In this document: piece by piece, positions 13,201-25,786 of the stretch
Position numbering within the stretch: position 1 is the stretch's first letter
Layout: every line of letters starts with the position of its first letter
Origin: Catajapyx aquilonaris
Taxonomy: Eukaryota
Assembly (NCBI GenBank): GCA_000934665.2
Contig: KZ538137.1
Coordinates: forward strand, 124,001 to 172,161
Direction: 5' to 3'
Length of the DNA stretch: 48,161 nucleotides
Notes under the pieces: generated by a model
What the model was told of the DNA's origin: nothing
Seen by the model: the letters and a program-made list of their open reading frames with translations, nothing else
Databases searched by the model: none
Made by a program: the position numbers and the translations under genes

Positions 13201-16200
13201 CCGAAAGTTGTGACCCGGCCCCGACCAAATGGAGAACTCACAAATGGCGAGGCACCAAAAGCCAAATGGATGGCCAACCGGAGGTTTGAACCCGAGGAAG
13301 GTTCTAGAGTTGTCAGCAAAGATGCAGTGGACAACATACGGAAGGACAGCACGACCATCCAGTTCAACTTCAAACAGGAGGCGACACCCAGTGTTAAAAA
13401 TGCTGGTGCTGCTCCCAGTGCAGGAAAGCAAGTTGGGGTGATTCGGCCTATCAGCATTGGACGAAACAAAGGGCTGACTGAGAGGGAGAAGGAAAAGAAC
13501 CGGATTAACAAAGCAAAGAGCTTGATGGTTGTGGAGGAGGCTGCTGCCAGTGACCCAGGGGACGAGGGAGGAGGTGAGGGAAGGGCCGAATCACCTGCTT
13601 CTGCTTCGGAGGACAGTGCCTCAGAGGATCAGAAAGGGGGGCTGAAGGACAAGAAGCCATGGCACCAGCAGCCCACCACCACTATGGTGTTCAACTTCAC
13701 TACAAACAGCAGGGATGTGCCGGACTACATCGAAGATGATGGGCTCAGACTAAGGAAGAAGAACCGTCTCAGGGTCAGTACTGCATATGTTCTTATAAAT
13801 GTATTGTTTTGTTGGCCAGTGTTCTCAAGGGATGTACGGGTAAAGGAGATGCGGAAAACTTCAGTAAAACGTGACCTTTACATCCCAGGAAACTGGTGTG
13901 GAATGTGCCCTTTTCTCACCTTTCCCCAATACGGCCTTTCCCCATGCAGATACAACTATGAGCCACCAATACCTTGAGCGCTATTGCAGAAAGAGCCATG
14001 ACAAACAGCACTGGAAATACCTATCCTTGAACCTCTGGGTCATCTCCCATCTGGCGGAAACATATGAGCTCATTAAAATTTTTAAAATAGGTGGCTATTG
14101 TTATTGGTCATGTTTTAGAATTGAGAAAGTTTAGTCCACTTCAAGGCCAACCATCTTTCACGGATGGATGCTGGATTTATAATAATTGTCACACGAACAG
14201 CTGTTAGGTGACACACACCCCCTTACATAATCTGTTTACCAGCTTCGATCAATTCTGTTGATGAGGTGTTGAGTACATGGAAACCTCTACTAGTTTATTA
14301 TTGCCAGGAATAACAAACAGGTGATTTTAGTGGAGCACATTCTCCGTGCGAGGCACAAAATTATTTTCACCCTAACAAGTACTGAGTTCTTCCATTGACA
14401 TTGAGGAACAGACAGCCCTGATCTAATCTGATCATAAACGTTTCTAAGGTAACTTTGCAGGATGGTATGACGTAAGGTCATTGTGTGCACTGCTGCCTCA
14501 TCTTTTTTTATCATATTAATCTATTTGCTGCATATATTTTCTATGGCTCACTTTCGCATCAGGCAAATTCGCGGCGAATTACATTTTGCACGACCAGGCT
14601 GAGCAGAGATTACCTCGTATGGTCACACACCAGCAGACTCGAAAAGGAACTTATATCATTGCAATATCGAGGGGGGGAAAGGGAAATTGAAGTGAGGGTT
14701 TGCCCACGGGCATCGGACGGTGTTGCCGGTGGGTGCAACGTGTAATTGAGGAGATATACGAGAATGCATAGTTCCGGATGGACCAGTCAAGTGTGGGGGG
14801 GACACCGTTGTAGATTTGAGGGATGGGGTACCGGTTGGTGCACCGTCACACTTCTAGGGGCACCCCTGACCGTTCGTGATTTTGTACGTGTACTATTATG
14901 ATAAACGTGGCAACATGCGATGGGTTTGTTGGATGAGTGTATTTTCGGCGGATGTTTTGTTATCGATTTGGGGAAAGTCCGTGTGGTTTTGGCGAGTAAT
15001 ATTTTCGGGGGGTGGATCACGGTTCGGTACACAGCTATGCGTTTCGACAGATGCATGCAGCACATCTGCACATTATTATGAGTCACGACAACATAAGGAA
15101 AAGCGAAATATGCATGTAATATTCACGGCATATTGATTCGGGCTTTCACAATATATCAGCTGGTTGTTAAAAAGGACTTTCTAATAGTCCCGCTTTAAAA
15201 CCGCCCTCTTTTTTTATTTAAAAAAAATGATTATCGGGATTTTTTAAATGGCAGGTACAGTAGAGTGTAACAGAACTAGTGTGACGTATCGAGCTGAAAC
15301 ACCTGCCAAAAGGTGTATGGGAATGTGGCCATATTTTTTTTTTCCAGAACCGTGACATATGGGGCTTGTGGAATGAATTTTGCATTGCTTCTGCGAAGTT
15401 GTTTTTTTCTTTCCACTTGAGAAAAACAGCGTGAATCACGTTTTAGGGTTAACAGAACTGCTTGCGCCTTGCAAGTGTCTTAATTTATTTAAAAAAAAAA
15501 AACTGTAACCGGGGCCAATTATTCAGGGCACGTTATTTTTCAATTGTACGGGATAGCTAATTTGTGCAGTAAGCCAGTAACGGTACCTGTTTGTCGCGGC
15601 TGTTGTAGCCGTTTAGCATTTAAAAACCTGTTGAAATGACCCAGTAGGACCACCAGAAATACGTGGCAATTTATTGGGTTTGGNCTCAGAATCTCATTGC
15701 CTTGATGAGGGTCTCAAGTTGCAAGATGTTTTTTAAATGTCGGCTCATTCAGATGGATTGAGTCACGGCGTATTTTATGACGTAATGCAACTTGGACTTT
15801 GGAAGGGTCTGCAGTCGTTCAGACGAGCGATATGTTTATGACTCCATGGATGGTCTAAAAAGAGCTGTAAAAAAAATATATGGGGATGCGACACAGTTCT
15901 CAGGAGTCACGTTTCGGAGGATGTGTTATTTGCAGTGTCAACAAGGCGAGGTTGACCCTTTTTTTTCTGTAATACAAGGCGTGGCTCCAGATATGACTCA
16001 CTGAATTTCCTTGTAATATTGTGTATTATAATTAATTATTTTCTCATATGTAATAGGTTGTACAGTATAACAATATTATAACATGAACTGTAGTGTTGGA
16101 ATTGATGATAATTTATTATTTGTGCAGGTGTCGAGAGAACCTGGGCTGGTCCTGCTGAGCGCCATAGGTAGCTCGGAGTCCTCGGACTATGACGAGGATG

Positions 16201-19200
16201 GTCCCAGAAGAGAAGAGGAGGAGGAAGAGGAGGAACTATGGAAGCAGCCCATGTCCCCGTGCAACGTGGAGTTTGAGGGCGCCAACGTCCTCATCAATGG
16301 CAAGTCCTCCATGAAGAAGGAGCCCAAGCAGACCAAGGTGAGCCTCAGCACGCAAGAGCCCCAGCCCCAATTATCCGCTACCTCCTACTTTTGTACGGTT
16401 TGTCCTCATGCCGCTGCATTTTGGGTGCCCAAGTAGCCTCTGGTCCACGGATGACAGCTGTTGTGTTTTTTTTTGTTGCCCTTTTTTTTGCGTTGTGTTC
16501 CACCTGCTGAACAAACCATGCTGCTGCTTCCAGTGCTTCGTGATTCATCACTAGGTTTTGTGCTGAGAGGGAGATCATACATGTCTCAAGGTTTACCATA
16601 TTGTTGCGTGGCACATGCAGCAGTGGCATTGAACTGAATCAAGAGCAGGCAGCTCATCAGCATGTCATTAGGTATAATGTTAAACAGCTGTGGCAGGGTT
16701 GTATAAAAAAGCACAAAGCAGAGAAGGGAAGCAAAGTAGCCACTAGCAGAAAAATGATAAATTGGCTACATTGCATTATGAAATTAGCAGGGAATGGCCA
16801 AGGTGGAATAAAAGCCCTTTCTCTCGGGTGACCTTCTTAGAGATCTTCATTCTTCTCAGATGTGTGACTGGCGATATATTGTCAAGGTCAGCTATAGCTG
16901 TCACTAGCAGTGCTAATGTCATGTTATGGCTACCTGTTGTTGGCATGAGCTACAGAGAAAACATTGCATGCATTTCATTCTCGCCAGCAGTCCTAATTGA
17001 AATCTGTTACATAACGTGAGTTCGAGTAATTATCAAGTACCACATGTTAGGCTGTAGACGCGTGTGCTCATCTCTATTTTGATGGAAAAAAAACAGCTAT
17101 TGCACCCTAGTCTGCATGCGAATTTTCACAACTGGATGCTTCAAAGCATGAAGGTCAACATTCTGGGTTAGCTTTGTCTCGAGCTGTTCTATAGAGAAAG
17201 CGGGTGAGATATGCCCCTCGAATATATGCCCGTCAAGACTTTTATTGATGCCTATGACTAGTGATAGGCATTTGAGCCTTGTAAACAACTGTCCGACCTT
17301 GAAACTCCAAAAAGTCAATCATACTTTCCAAACCCGAAGTTGTGTGGTATATGGCCTTCTCAACTAATTTCTAAGGATAAAAATATGCCCCTTATTAATC
17401 GGTGGTTTACGGTTTAAAATTTTTCAGTCCTCATTTTGCGAGGTCACGATGAAATTTCCTTCAACATGTGTGGTTGCAGCTTGCACTGAGAAGGTGACGT
17501 AACAGGTGCATTTGTGCTCAGGGTGCGAATATTCTTTGTGGAGGGATGCGTAGAATTTTAACCAGAAAAAAAACGAGGCGCAGGAGGAAGCGGAAGTGGG
17601 GGGTAGCCACTTCCGAAGATAAGTCAGCAGCCCTTGGGAAATTCCTCTCCGCCTTTTTCCTGGGGCCCGCCGTTTTCCCCTTTTTTCGGACCGTTTTTCG
17701 TGCCCGTTTGTTTTCTCCTATATGTATATCGTGAAAACTGCATTTTCTATCTACTATCTCTATCTTGCAACATTGATTTGCAGCTATTCTGGGTCGGTGC
17801 AAATTTTCCTGGTAAGATTTATCATTAATGCGGTACACCCTTTTGAAAAACATGTAGCTGACTATCGCCAGGAAAATAGCGGTTGGAGGAAAACTATCGC
17901 AGAAATCTGGCATTGGTTCTAATATTTTTATTGCGACCTTATCATGCTTCAAGGTAGTGCTACAATGGTTGGGTATTTTTATTTTGAACTCGCTGTTTAG
18001 GGAAGGTGGGGGTGACTCTCCGCCCAAGTCTTGTTTTGTCCCTGGAAGCTTTACCTGGAAAGAAAGGGAAACAAGAGCAGGCAGCGTTTCCAATGGCATT
18101 TCCGTGTGTGCCGGAGTTTCCGTCATTTCCACACCTGGCTTCCTTGCTTGGGAGATTCCGAGCTTCAAATGTCCAAAGCTTTTGTCCTGGCACAGAAAAG
18201 GAACATGGCCGCGTTTCGTGCAGGGTTTGGGAAAAATTAGAATATAATAGAAGGGTTGGCCCAGTTTTTTGTGTGGTATGAAAGTCATTTTTTTAAAGGC
18301 TTAATCGATATTATTTTTTTTTGAGGTGTGGCGGGTATCGCGACGGAATTAGATATGGTTGACGTCAGGTGTGCGAAGCGGCGTGACTACTTAGCCCTTG
18401 TCCTGATTAGTGACGTCAGGTAGTGCACAAGTGGTCGGGGTTTCAGGCGGAATTGCATCCGGGGCGTGGATAATCTTGGAATATTTAACGAGGGTGTCTA
18501 TAGGTGTGACTACTGTCGCAATATCAGGAGGCTTACTCATAGATACGGCGACAATAGAGAATAGTGAGGGTGAGTCACGGTTGACTATCGTGAGACCGCT
18601 AATATTAGCTTTCATTAGAATTTTGTAGTTTCTGATAGGCAGCTGATTCGGCAAAAATTCGGAAATGCAGCCGGTTTTTTTTATTAGATACCTGTGCTCA
18701 TTCTTGCGAAGAAATTCCGGCGGTTAGGTAATTATTTGGCGTCCTAATTAGGACATGCGCGTCGCTGCTGAACTGTTGAGAGGAATCACGTGGCTGTGAG
18801 ATACTACAGTTTGCGAAATCGTTCTGCGGCAGATTAGTTATGGTAGATTAAATAATGCACAATTGTCTGGCCAATGTTGAAATGTCTCACTTTCAGATTT
18901 TACTTATTTTTCACTATGGTTTGAAATTGAAGTGTTAAAACCGCTGAAAATTGATCGGGCTTTGGAGCTCCCCTCTCTTAATACCTGGTGTGCCAGCCTT
19001 GGGTGGGGGAAAAATGATTGACCCAAGGGTTGGGAATCGGGCTTTTGTTCCCCTCAGGAATCCATCCCCTGAACGATGGTGGGGAGGAAAAACTGGGAAT
19101 TTAATTCTTGGGGGCGCCTGTGATCCCACCCTTCGTTCGTGCTTCTCCAATAATTACCCGACTTTGAGTGCATGGTAGAGGGAACGAAAATTTTTGGACT

Positions 19201-21174
19201 GTAGGAAAAATCCTACCAGGCCAACAGCCTAGGTGTTGGAGAGAAAAAAAAATGGTAATAATAAACCGCGGCTGGATACGCCACTTCCGCTTCCCACAAC
19301 TTCCGGCGTTTTTAAATGTTGTCAACCTCTGCGCGACATACCTTGGAGCTTAATTAGTAGTATGACGCTTTTTGATTGATGCTTCCGTTCATATCAGCTA
19401 AAATTGATTATCGCATTTTTTTGCGCTCCTTGACTTTGCTTGAGGAAGTTTGAGCCCGTGAGAAGGGTTCTTGTGACGTCATGTGCTGCCTAACCGCGCC
19501 AGATAATGTGAGAGGCTGAAGACGGACCTGGAAAAAAAAAAAACAGGCTTATATCGTGAGAGATAAAAAAGAATGTGAGATGAGAGGACATTCCCCTGGC
19601 GAATCCCAAGGGTCCGGCAGACCACTGGTGGGTTCAGGTTGAACGGGGGTGGGGAAAAAACTGGACAAACTGGACATGTTTCTGTGGGAGAATTGTACAT
19701 TTTTAGGGAGGGGGTATTGATAAGTTGGAGATTACATGATGTGGCCTTGATGCAAACAAGGAAAATGACTTTCTGAGAATGGTGGCTGTTAGATAACGAG
19801 CTAATGGTAGTGTGAAGCATTGACATTTTTTTTTTTTGGTCACACACACAATTCGAAATGGTGATATTGCCCTAGTGTCCTTGTAAAATTCCGATGAGGT
19901 TCAAGTGCACACTGACCTTGCAGTGAGCAATTTCTCCATTCCCATCATGGGTTTAACGGGACTTTCAAGATGGGCAGCCTCTTTCTTAGTTTTTTTTTCC
20001 CAGCAATGGCAAACGAGGGCAGGCAGTGGTTTACTATTGGGATTGTGTGGTGATGGTCAAGGGGGTCGCGTGCAACTTGGCGGAAGGGGGCTGGCCATTT
20101 GCTAGAGGTCGTCGCCTCTTCTTTTTTTTTCTCTGCTTACCTGGGCAATAACCCTTTTTTTTTTCTACTGACAAACAAGCCTACTTACTGGTGGTTCCAG
20201 GCATTTCAGGTGATTTAATTGCGATCATTTTTTGGGGGAACTGACACGATGGTGGTTATAAAAGATAGCATCCAGTTGTGGCTGGGGCATTAATTAGTGC
20301 GCTAAGTAATAAGTAGCTACATGCAAAGAGTAGGTTTTTGCAGACAGGGGGACTGGGCAAGCAGGAAATTCCAGACCCGGTGCAGAAAGTGGGACCTTGC
20401 ATTAGTTGCAGACTGACTATATCCTTGGTAGCACTATACTGCATCACTGAATAAAGGTGTCAATTTTCCAGCTGTGCATAACGTTCAACGATGGTGCCAC
20501 CACCACCTTCGAATACCCTTCGGAAGCATCGATGATGGAGCAAGCGCCGTCGTTACCGCTGGGCATCAGCAATGCGACCACTACCGTAGTTGACAATTCC
20601 AGGTCTCCTTCACTGGGTAAGGATCAGTTGGTCATGCACGAGCAACCGTTAAAAAAGGGCTGACACACATAACCTCTTGAGCAGTACCTACTGACAGGGT
20701 CATAAATACCAGGCCAGGAAGAAAGTGCTGGGCACGTTTAAGTCTGGGTTAAATTGACTGCCCCTAACCAATTTTTACACATTAGCCTGCAGAAAGTGTA
20801 GGATATTTGGTCATGGCCAGGGTGGTCTTGTCCCTACCAATTCATTCATTTGTATAGTGAAGAAAAGTACCACAACTAATGGCATTGTTATTTCTGAAAA
20901 GTCGTGGTTCCATTTTATTAAGCAGTACAATGCTGGGACTAAAGATGAATAATGTTTTTCTTTTTAATTAGGTGGGCTTGCCAGCTATACTCCGAGCAAA
21001 CTCCAGCTCGGAGAGGACTTCCAGTTGGGTGTCTCTGTTCCAGTGCCCCAGGCAGCGCCACAACCTTCTTCCTCAGGGAAACCGAAGCAGGAGGAGGAGG
21101 AATATCTTCGTCCAGCTCAGGATGACCAGACAGTTGCCTGGAGTAGTGGGACCACCGCTGACCTTCTCTTCTGA
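10241..21174 (+). CDS. Taperin/phostensin-family protein (TPRN/PPP1R18-like PP1/actin regulator)
   Basis: Exons 10241-10720, 12556-13773, 16128-16337, 20472-20616, 20972-21174 splice in frame. N-terminal VPAWKRELILRKRA resembles the taperin/phostensin N-domain. C-terminal GKSSMKK...LCITFNDGATTTFEYPSE, GGLASYTP and a terminal DLLF* resemble the taperin C-terminus. Confidence 0.82.
14675..16015 (+). mobile_element. Degenerate Tc1/mariner-like DNA transposon relic in taperin-like intron 2
   Basis: Imperfect TIRs: AAGGGAAATTGAAGTGAG (~14679) versus reverse complement of CTCACTGAATTTCCTTGTA (~15997-16015). Span about 1.3 kb. ORF 15792-16004 (LDFG...VY...LKRAVKKIY...FRR...G) resembles a Tc1/mariner transposase C-terminus. 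Confidence 0.45.
17540..19340. mobile_element. Putative non-autonomous DNA element with degenerate terminal inverted repeats
   Basis: GGAAGCGGAAGTGG (17586-17599) is the exact reverse complement of CCACTTCCGCTTCC (19281-19294), with weaker similarity extending about 50 bp outward. Interior is CpG-rich, unlike the host intron. Confidence 0.4.
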
Positions 21175-22155
21175 GAAGCGTTTCCTCCTATAGTCAGTGG
21201 CCAACGATCGTCACACATTTAAGGCTCAAAAGTTGTTCACGTTTTCCAATGCCTTAAGATAGAGTCGTTGCAAAGGAGGGTCCAAAAGCGCAAGTGAGAA
21301 TTTTAAGAATCGTTGCACGACGGCAAGGTAACGATTAGTTGCCTAGATGTTTTTAAGAAAATGCTTTCTGTCGTGGTGAAATATTCCAGCGTTTCTAGCA
21401 TTTTTCCAAGTAATGTGATGTGACGTTTTGTACATTTTCCACAAGGATAACCATTTTCCTAAGGTCGATATTGTCCGTGTGATGAAACAATGTTAATGGT
21501 ATGCCTGATTGCAGTAGGTTTTTTTTTTTTTTTGTCGCTGTTGGATGCTCGGTGTTATTTATAAAAGGTACAGCTTTATAATTTTCTGAGATAGTTAGCT
21601 GTCCATTAAGGAAGTGGATTTGGTCAATAAAAAAGGAACCAATACCTGTATGTTTTCAAAGTCTAAGGTCCGGCCTGGTTGAAGGACAGTGAAACTTAGG
21701 GGTCACGTGGATCACTCGGAAAAGTTGTTTCAGTGTTTTGTGATGTGACATAGAGGCTAGCCACCTCTTTGTGTTATTGTCAGGAGGCTTGTGGGAAATG
21801 TTTTCTCAGTTTCGGGGAAGGTGTTGCCCTCTAAATGCATTCCGTCTCTGGAAAGCCTCCCGAGGTGTTGTTCAAGAGTCATGGGGTTTACACATATTCC
21901 AGGTGTAACTTGATTTGTAAATTTATTATCGATTTGTAAAGTGGACCAAGCTGGTTTGTTTGCAGTTGTGACTTTAATTCCTTGTCAGCGTGTCTGTTAC
22001 CTGTTTGACTATAGACAATTAATGCCCAAGTTTTTTCCCCTCCCCCCAGGCCTCCAATATGTGCTATGTATGTATGTATTTGCCTGAAAGGAGTAAGAAA
22101 CTTGAGACCAAATGCAATTTGGTGAGTCCTTGTCTCAGTCCTTTTCCTCCTGCTT

Positions 22156-25100
22156 TCACTTGTACACAGATGAGTAGTACTCTTCCTCTAGATCGTACAA
22201 ATCAGCAGCCATGTCATCTCGGAGTGCCATCAGCTTCCGGTCACAGTCCTGCTGAGTAGCACGGTACAGTCGAGAGTTCTGAGAGATGGCTTCGTTCACA
22301 GAGGGGAAGTCATTCAGGATCAGGTACTGCTTCAGGTTTGACACCAGCTTCATGAGGGATTCACATGCCCGCACCTATTGGAATGACAGCAACATGTTAA
22401 TGGGGAACTAGCCTTCATTTTGGAAACTACATAATAAATTCGCCCATATTTTTTAGATTTTTTTGGCATATTCCGTTTTAAGATATCAGTTCCCGTTCCG
22501 GAGTAATTGGGGTTTTTATGTAGGGAAATGGTGACGTCACTCTAGAAAATGTTGACGTCACGCGAAGTGAAATGAACGCAAAAATGGTGTTATAGAACGC
22601 GCCCCGTCATTGTTGTAAAATGCTTCGCTGTTGTTAGCAACCGTCCCATTCCGTGAGCAAGATAGCGGCCGGGGCGCGTTTTTACTTCACGCCGCTCAAT
22701 CAGCTAAGGGGCTGGCAGTGGTGCCAACTGGTAGGAATTATCTGTCACCCGAATTCGGCACATGAAGGCCCCTTTTCTCCACCTCGATGGCCTACAGCCG
22801 CCTTGCGAATGCTTTCTGTCGCGTCCGCGGTTAATTCAAAGTCAAATTCCTCATATCTCGCAGTCAACCAGGCATTTCGGTGTACCCTTTCGATTGGCCT
22901 CCGCGTTTTTCCCGCCAATTTTGAAGGCACTTTTAAATGTGTCGTAATTTATCCAGTAATGTCATTTTGATGCAACAGAGTGATGGAATGTATGTTTACA
23001 GGCCTGGGCTAGCTAGTTATGAACAAAAATCCCAAATCCCAGACCAAGGCTAGTTCCCCATTCTGTAGGTAATTTCTGATTAAAGTGAAGGACACTAGGA
23101 TGCAATGATAAGTACACTTTTGACAGCTAGTGGTGTACAAAAAAATCGATTGTGTTGGTATGGTTACGTAGTGGCTGAAGCCACATCCTTTCTACCTCTT
23201 AAGGTTTCAGCTTGATACCCAGGTCGGACAGAGGATTTTCCCACTTGGATGGGGGTTTCAAGAGGATCATGTAAGATCATCCTGATCCGTGCCGCTGTCC
23301 AAAAACCTATTTTTCCCCTTCACCCCATCCTATGCCTCATGGCCTTTGGTGCCTTGGCTCCCACAATCTAAACGACACCAAACAACAAATTGATAATGAC
23401 AGATATGAACTATCTTTTTGCTATTTGCATTCTCAGAGAATGTGGTATTCAAATTCACTGCTTGGGTTCCTCCACAGCTACGTGGCCCCAGGAGAGGATG
23501 AGAGTGGGTTCAAACCCATGCAATGCATCTTCCATGCATATTCCCTACCACCCATGTAATTTTAGCAGGTGAATTCGTGAATGTATGCTGTATTGTCATT
23601 ATGGCTAAGGGTCATGCAGTGGCTCTGGCCCTTATGAATCTTCGGGGCTGACTCTGATGTGACCTTATAGTGGTAGTGCTCTTATGGATGTCTGTACGTA
23701 TTATAATTTTTTGGCCTCGGTTGGCCTGCATCACTACATTAATACAATAGCTAGCTGCATGATAATTAGCCCCCTGCAACTCTCTATCTAGCCCTTTGTT
23801 GATGGCAGTTGAATATAAAAGTCTCCCCCAGGCTGAAATTTGGCGATGGCATGGCCCCCCAGGCATGTTGTGGTTCGGGTGGCTGACTGGCGATCTGTGA
23901 ATTCCTTCCGGACCCAGCTGCAGTGAAAAGAATGGTTCGGATTGGTTCAGGCGTCCGCGAGCGGCCGGCCCAACCACAACATCCCTGTGGGCATGCGCCA
24001 GCGCCGTGGACGGAGACTACCGTATCTTATGAGTTGGAACCAGCCCCCTGGTACTCCTACCCTAGCCTTATGGAAACTCTGTGAGCTTAGCTTGTCCTTC
24101 CAGGGGGGGTTGCAAGCTTGCAACTTTGGCTCTGGTATAGTCTCCACAGGTTCTGCCCACTCTCCAAGTGACAGTGGTGGTCCAGGTGGACCACTACTTG
24201 AAGTCTTCCAGGTTCTTCTAAATCTAAAGGCAGAGTCGTCCACCAGAATCATCACCGTCATTCGGAGAGTGTTAAAACTACATCAGCACCAAAGTAGCAT
24301 GCCTGTGGGTGGAACTAAAAAGTCCCGGTCCAGTTGTTCCACACCAATGTGATACCCCATCCCTACTCCTCCTGGTTTAGTATCATTGGAAAGAAACAAA
24401 AGTCTATGTGTAAACAAGAATCTCAAGATTACTGATTGGTCCAGAGTTATCTTGTAGCCACAGTAGCCAAGGATGCAAACACATGACTCTTATCTTCTTA
24501 ATGCTAGGTAACAAATATCGATGTCAGAAAAGAATGTTGATATGCAATGGGATTCAAACACCCAGTTGGCCAGACTCGCTTGACACCAAAAAGTACTGTG
24601 TCAATAACCTTGGAGATCAGAGCATGTTCTGGCTAGTGTGAAGCCATGTCTACCGTCATTTTTTTTCTCAAGCGAGTTTTAAAGATTGGTTTAAAATTGT
24701 TACTTGACTCTTAAAGAGTACTTTTGAAGTTTGCTCGAGAAAGAGAAGTGGGTGACTCACACAAGCAAATTGTACATTGCCGTCATTTCCGGCAATATTC
24801 ATTAACATTCAGTATGCTACAAGACAGTGCCTTACTGGCTGCAAAATTTGCCACAGAAACCACTAACAATCAGAAAATTGTGATCATGTTAGCCTGACAG
24901 TTACATGAACATGCCTTGCTAAAGATTAACAATAATTATCCTGTTTGCTTCTTACAATGTTAGCAGCCCTTATGTGCATCTCAAAGTGATCCTCCTCACT
25001 CTGGGTCATCCGGGACACTTGTCCTTGGCTCTCATTCTCCACCTTCGCCAGCCTCACAATCTCTGCAGAAAACACCAGGTTACACAAAGCAAGAGAACAA

Positions 25101-25243
25101 AGATATTTCATTCCTACATGAAGCATGACCAATACCCCACCTGTGAAGTTGTCAACAATTGATTTGACATTGTCCTTGAGTTTCTTGTTGTAGGACTTGA
25201 GCAGGGCCTCCTTGCTGGAGGGAAGAGCCTTCGCCTGAGACAT
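22156..25243 (-). CDS. MED22: Mediator complex subunit 22 (Surfeit 5), 142 aa
   Basis: Exons 25243-25141, 25062-24956, 22374-22156. Translation [37 protein letters not shown]...[39 protein letters not shown]...[12 protein letters not shown] matches MED22. Confidence 0.96.
22399..23062. mobile_element. MITE-like element with perfect 17-bp terminal inverted repeat in MED22 intron 2
   Basis: AATGGGGAACTAGCCTT (22399-22415) and AAGGCTAGTTCCCCATT (23046-23062). 664 bp, CpG-rich interior, no transposase ORF, no clear TSD. Confidence 0.8.
23440..24260 (-). mobile_element. Decayed non-LTR retrotransposon (RNase H-like) fragment
   Basis: Minus-strand motif remnants in the expected order across frames: NPPW (~24105), FTD (~23900), ELQ (~23780), IIIRTD (~23700), WGHVAVE (~23485). 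Compare PPW..YTDGS..AEL.AI..I.TDS..WVPGH.GI.GNE of LINE RNase H domains. Confidence 0.4.
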
Positions 25244-25786
25244 CGTTGTAAACTAAAAACCGAAACTGCCGAAAAGCGACGCTCTAGAAAAATTTGACCG
25301 CCATCTTTGTCAACCGCATTCGTGTGCCTACTGCAGGCCTACTGCCAATTTATAATTTTAAACTCCACAAGACGAGACATAAGAAGTTTATTAGCAAAAG
25401 TGTGATTATAAAAGTGATTTAAAGTGCATTTTATTGGCAAAATATTTGTAACATATTTTTTTTTGTGGATGCGTTCGTATTGCTGTATTTTGCAAATCAA
25501 ATGTAAATATTTGATACAAGCACTTATAAAACTTATTATTTTATTAAAATTCACGAACAATTTTTAAAGTGATAAATACGAGTCGGATTTGCAAAATATA
25601 TAATTTTATAACCTAACGTCGCTTTCGCTTTCACGTCACATCCGCTTCCGACTTCCGTCCTCTTCAGCCACGCAGTTTTTTTTCCCCAAGCTCACTAGCT
25701 CAGTCGGCCGGCGTTTCGGGAGAGAGTTGTTCGCTCTCTGAATCGTCTCATTTCGGTCTCGAGCCTACCTCATCGGGACATCCAAC
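25244..25786. promoter_or_regulatory. MED22/RPL7A bidirectional promoter and 5' UTRs
   Basis: Start codons 543 bp apart and divergent. YY1-like CCGCCATCTT at 25298-25307; CACGTCA and paired ETS-like CTTCCG near 25632-25657; pyrimidine-rich TOP-like tract CTTCCGTCCTCTTC near 25652. An AT-rich core separates the two halves. Confidence 0.7.

Noticed and set aside
17518..18288. 256-aa minus-strand ORF
   Set aside because: Non-ATG start, no domain signature, and it lies inside a noisy TE-like tract.
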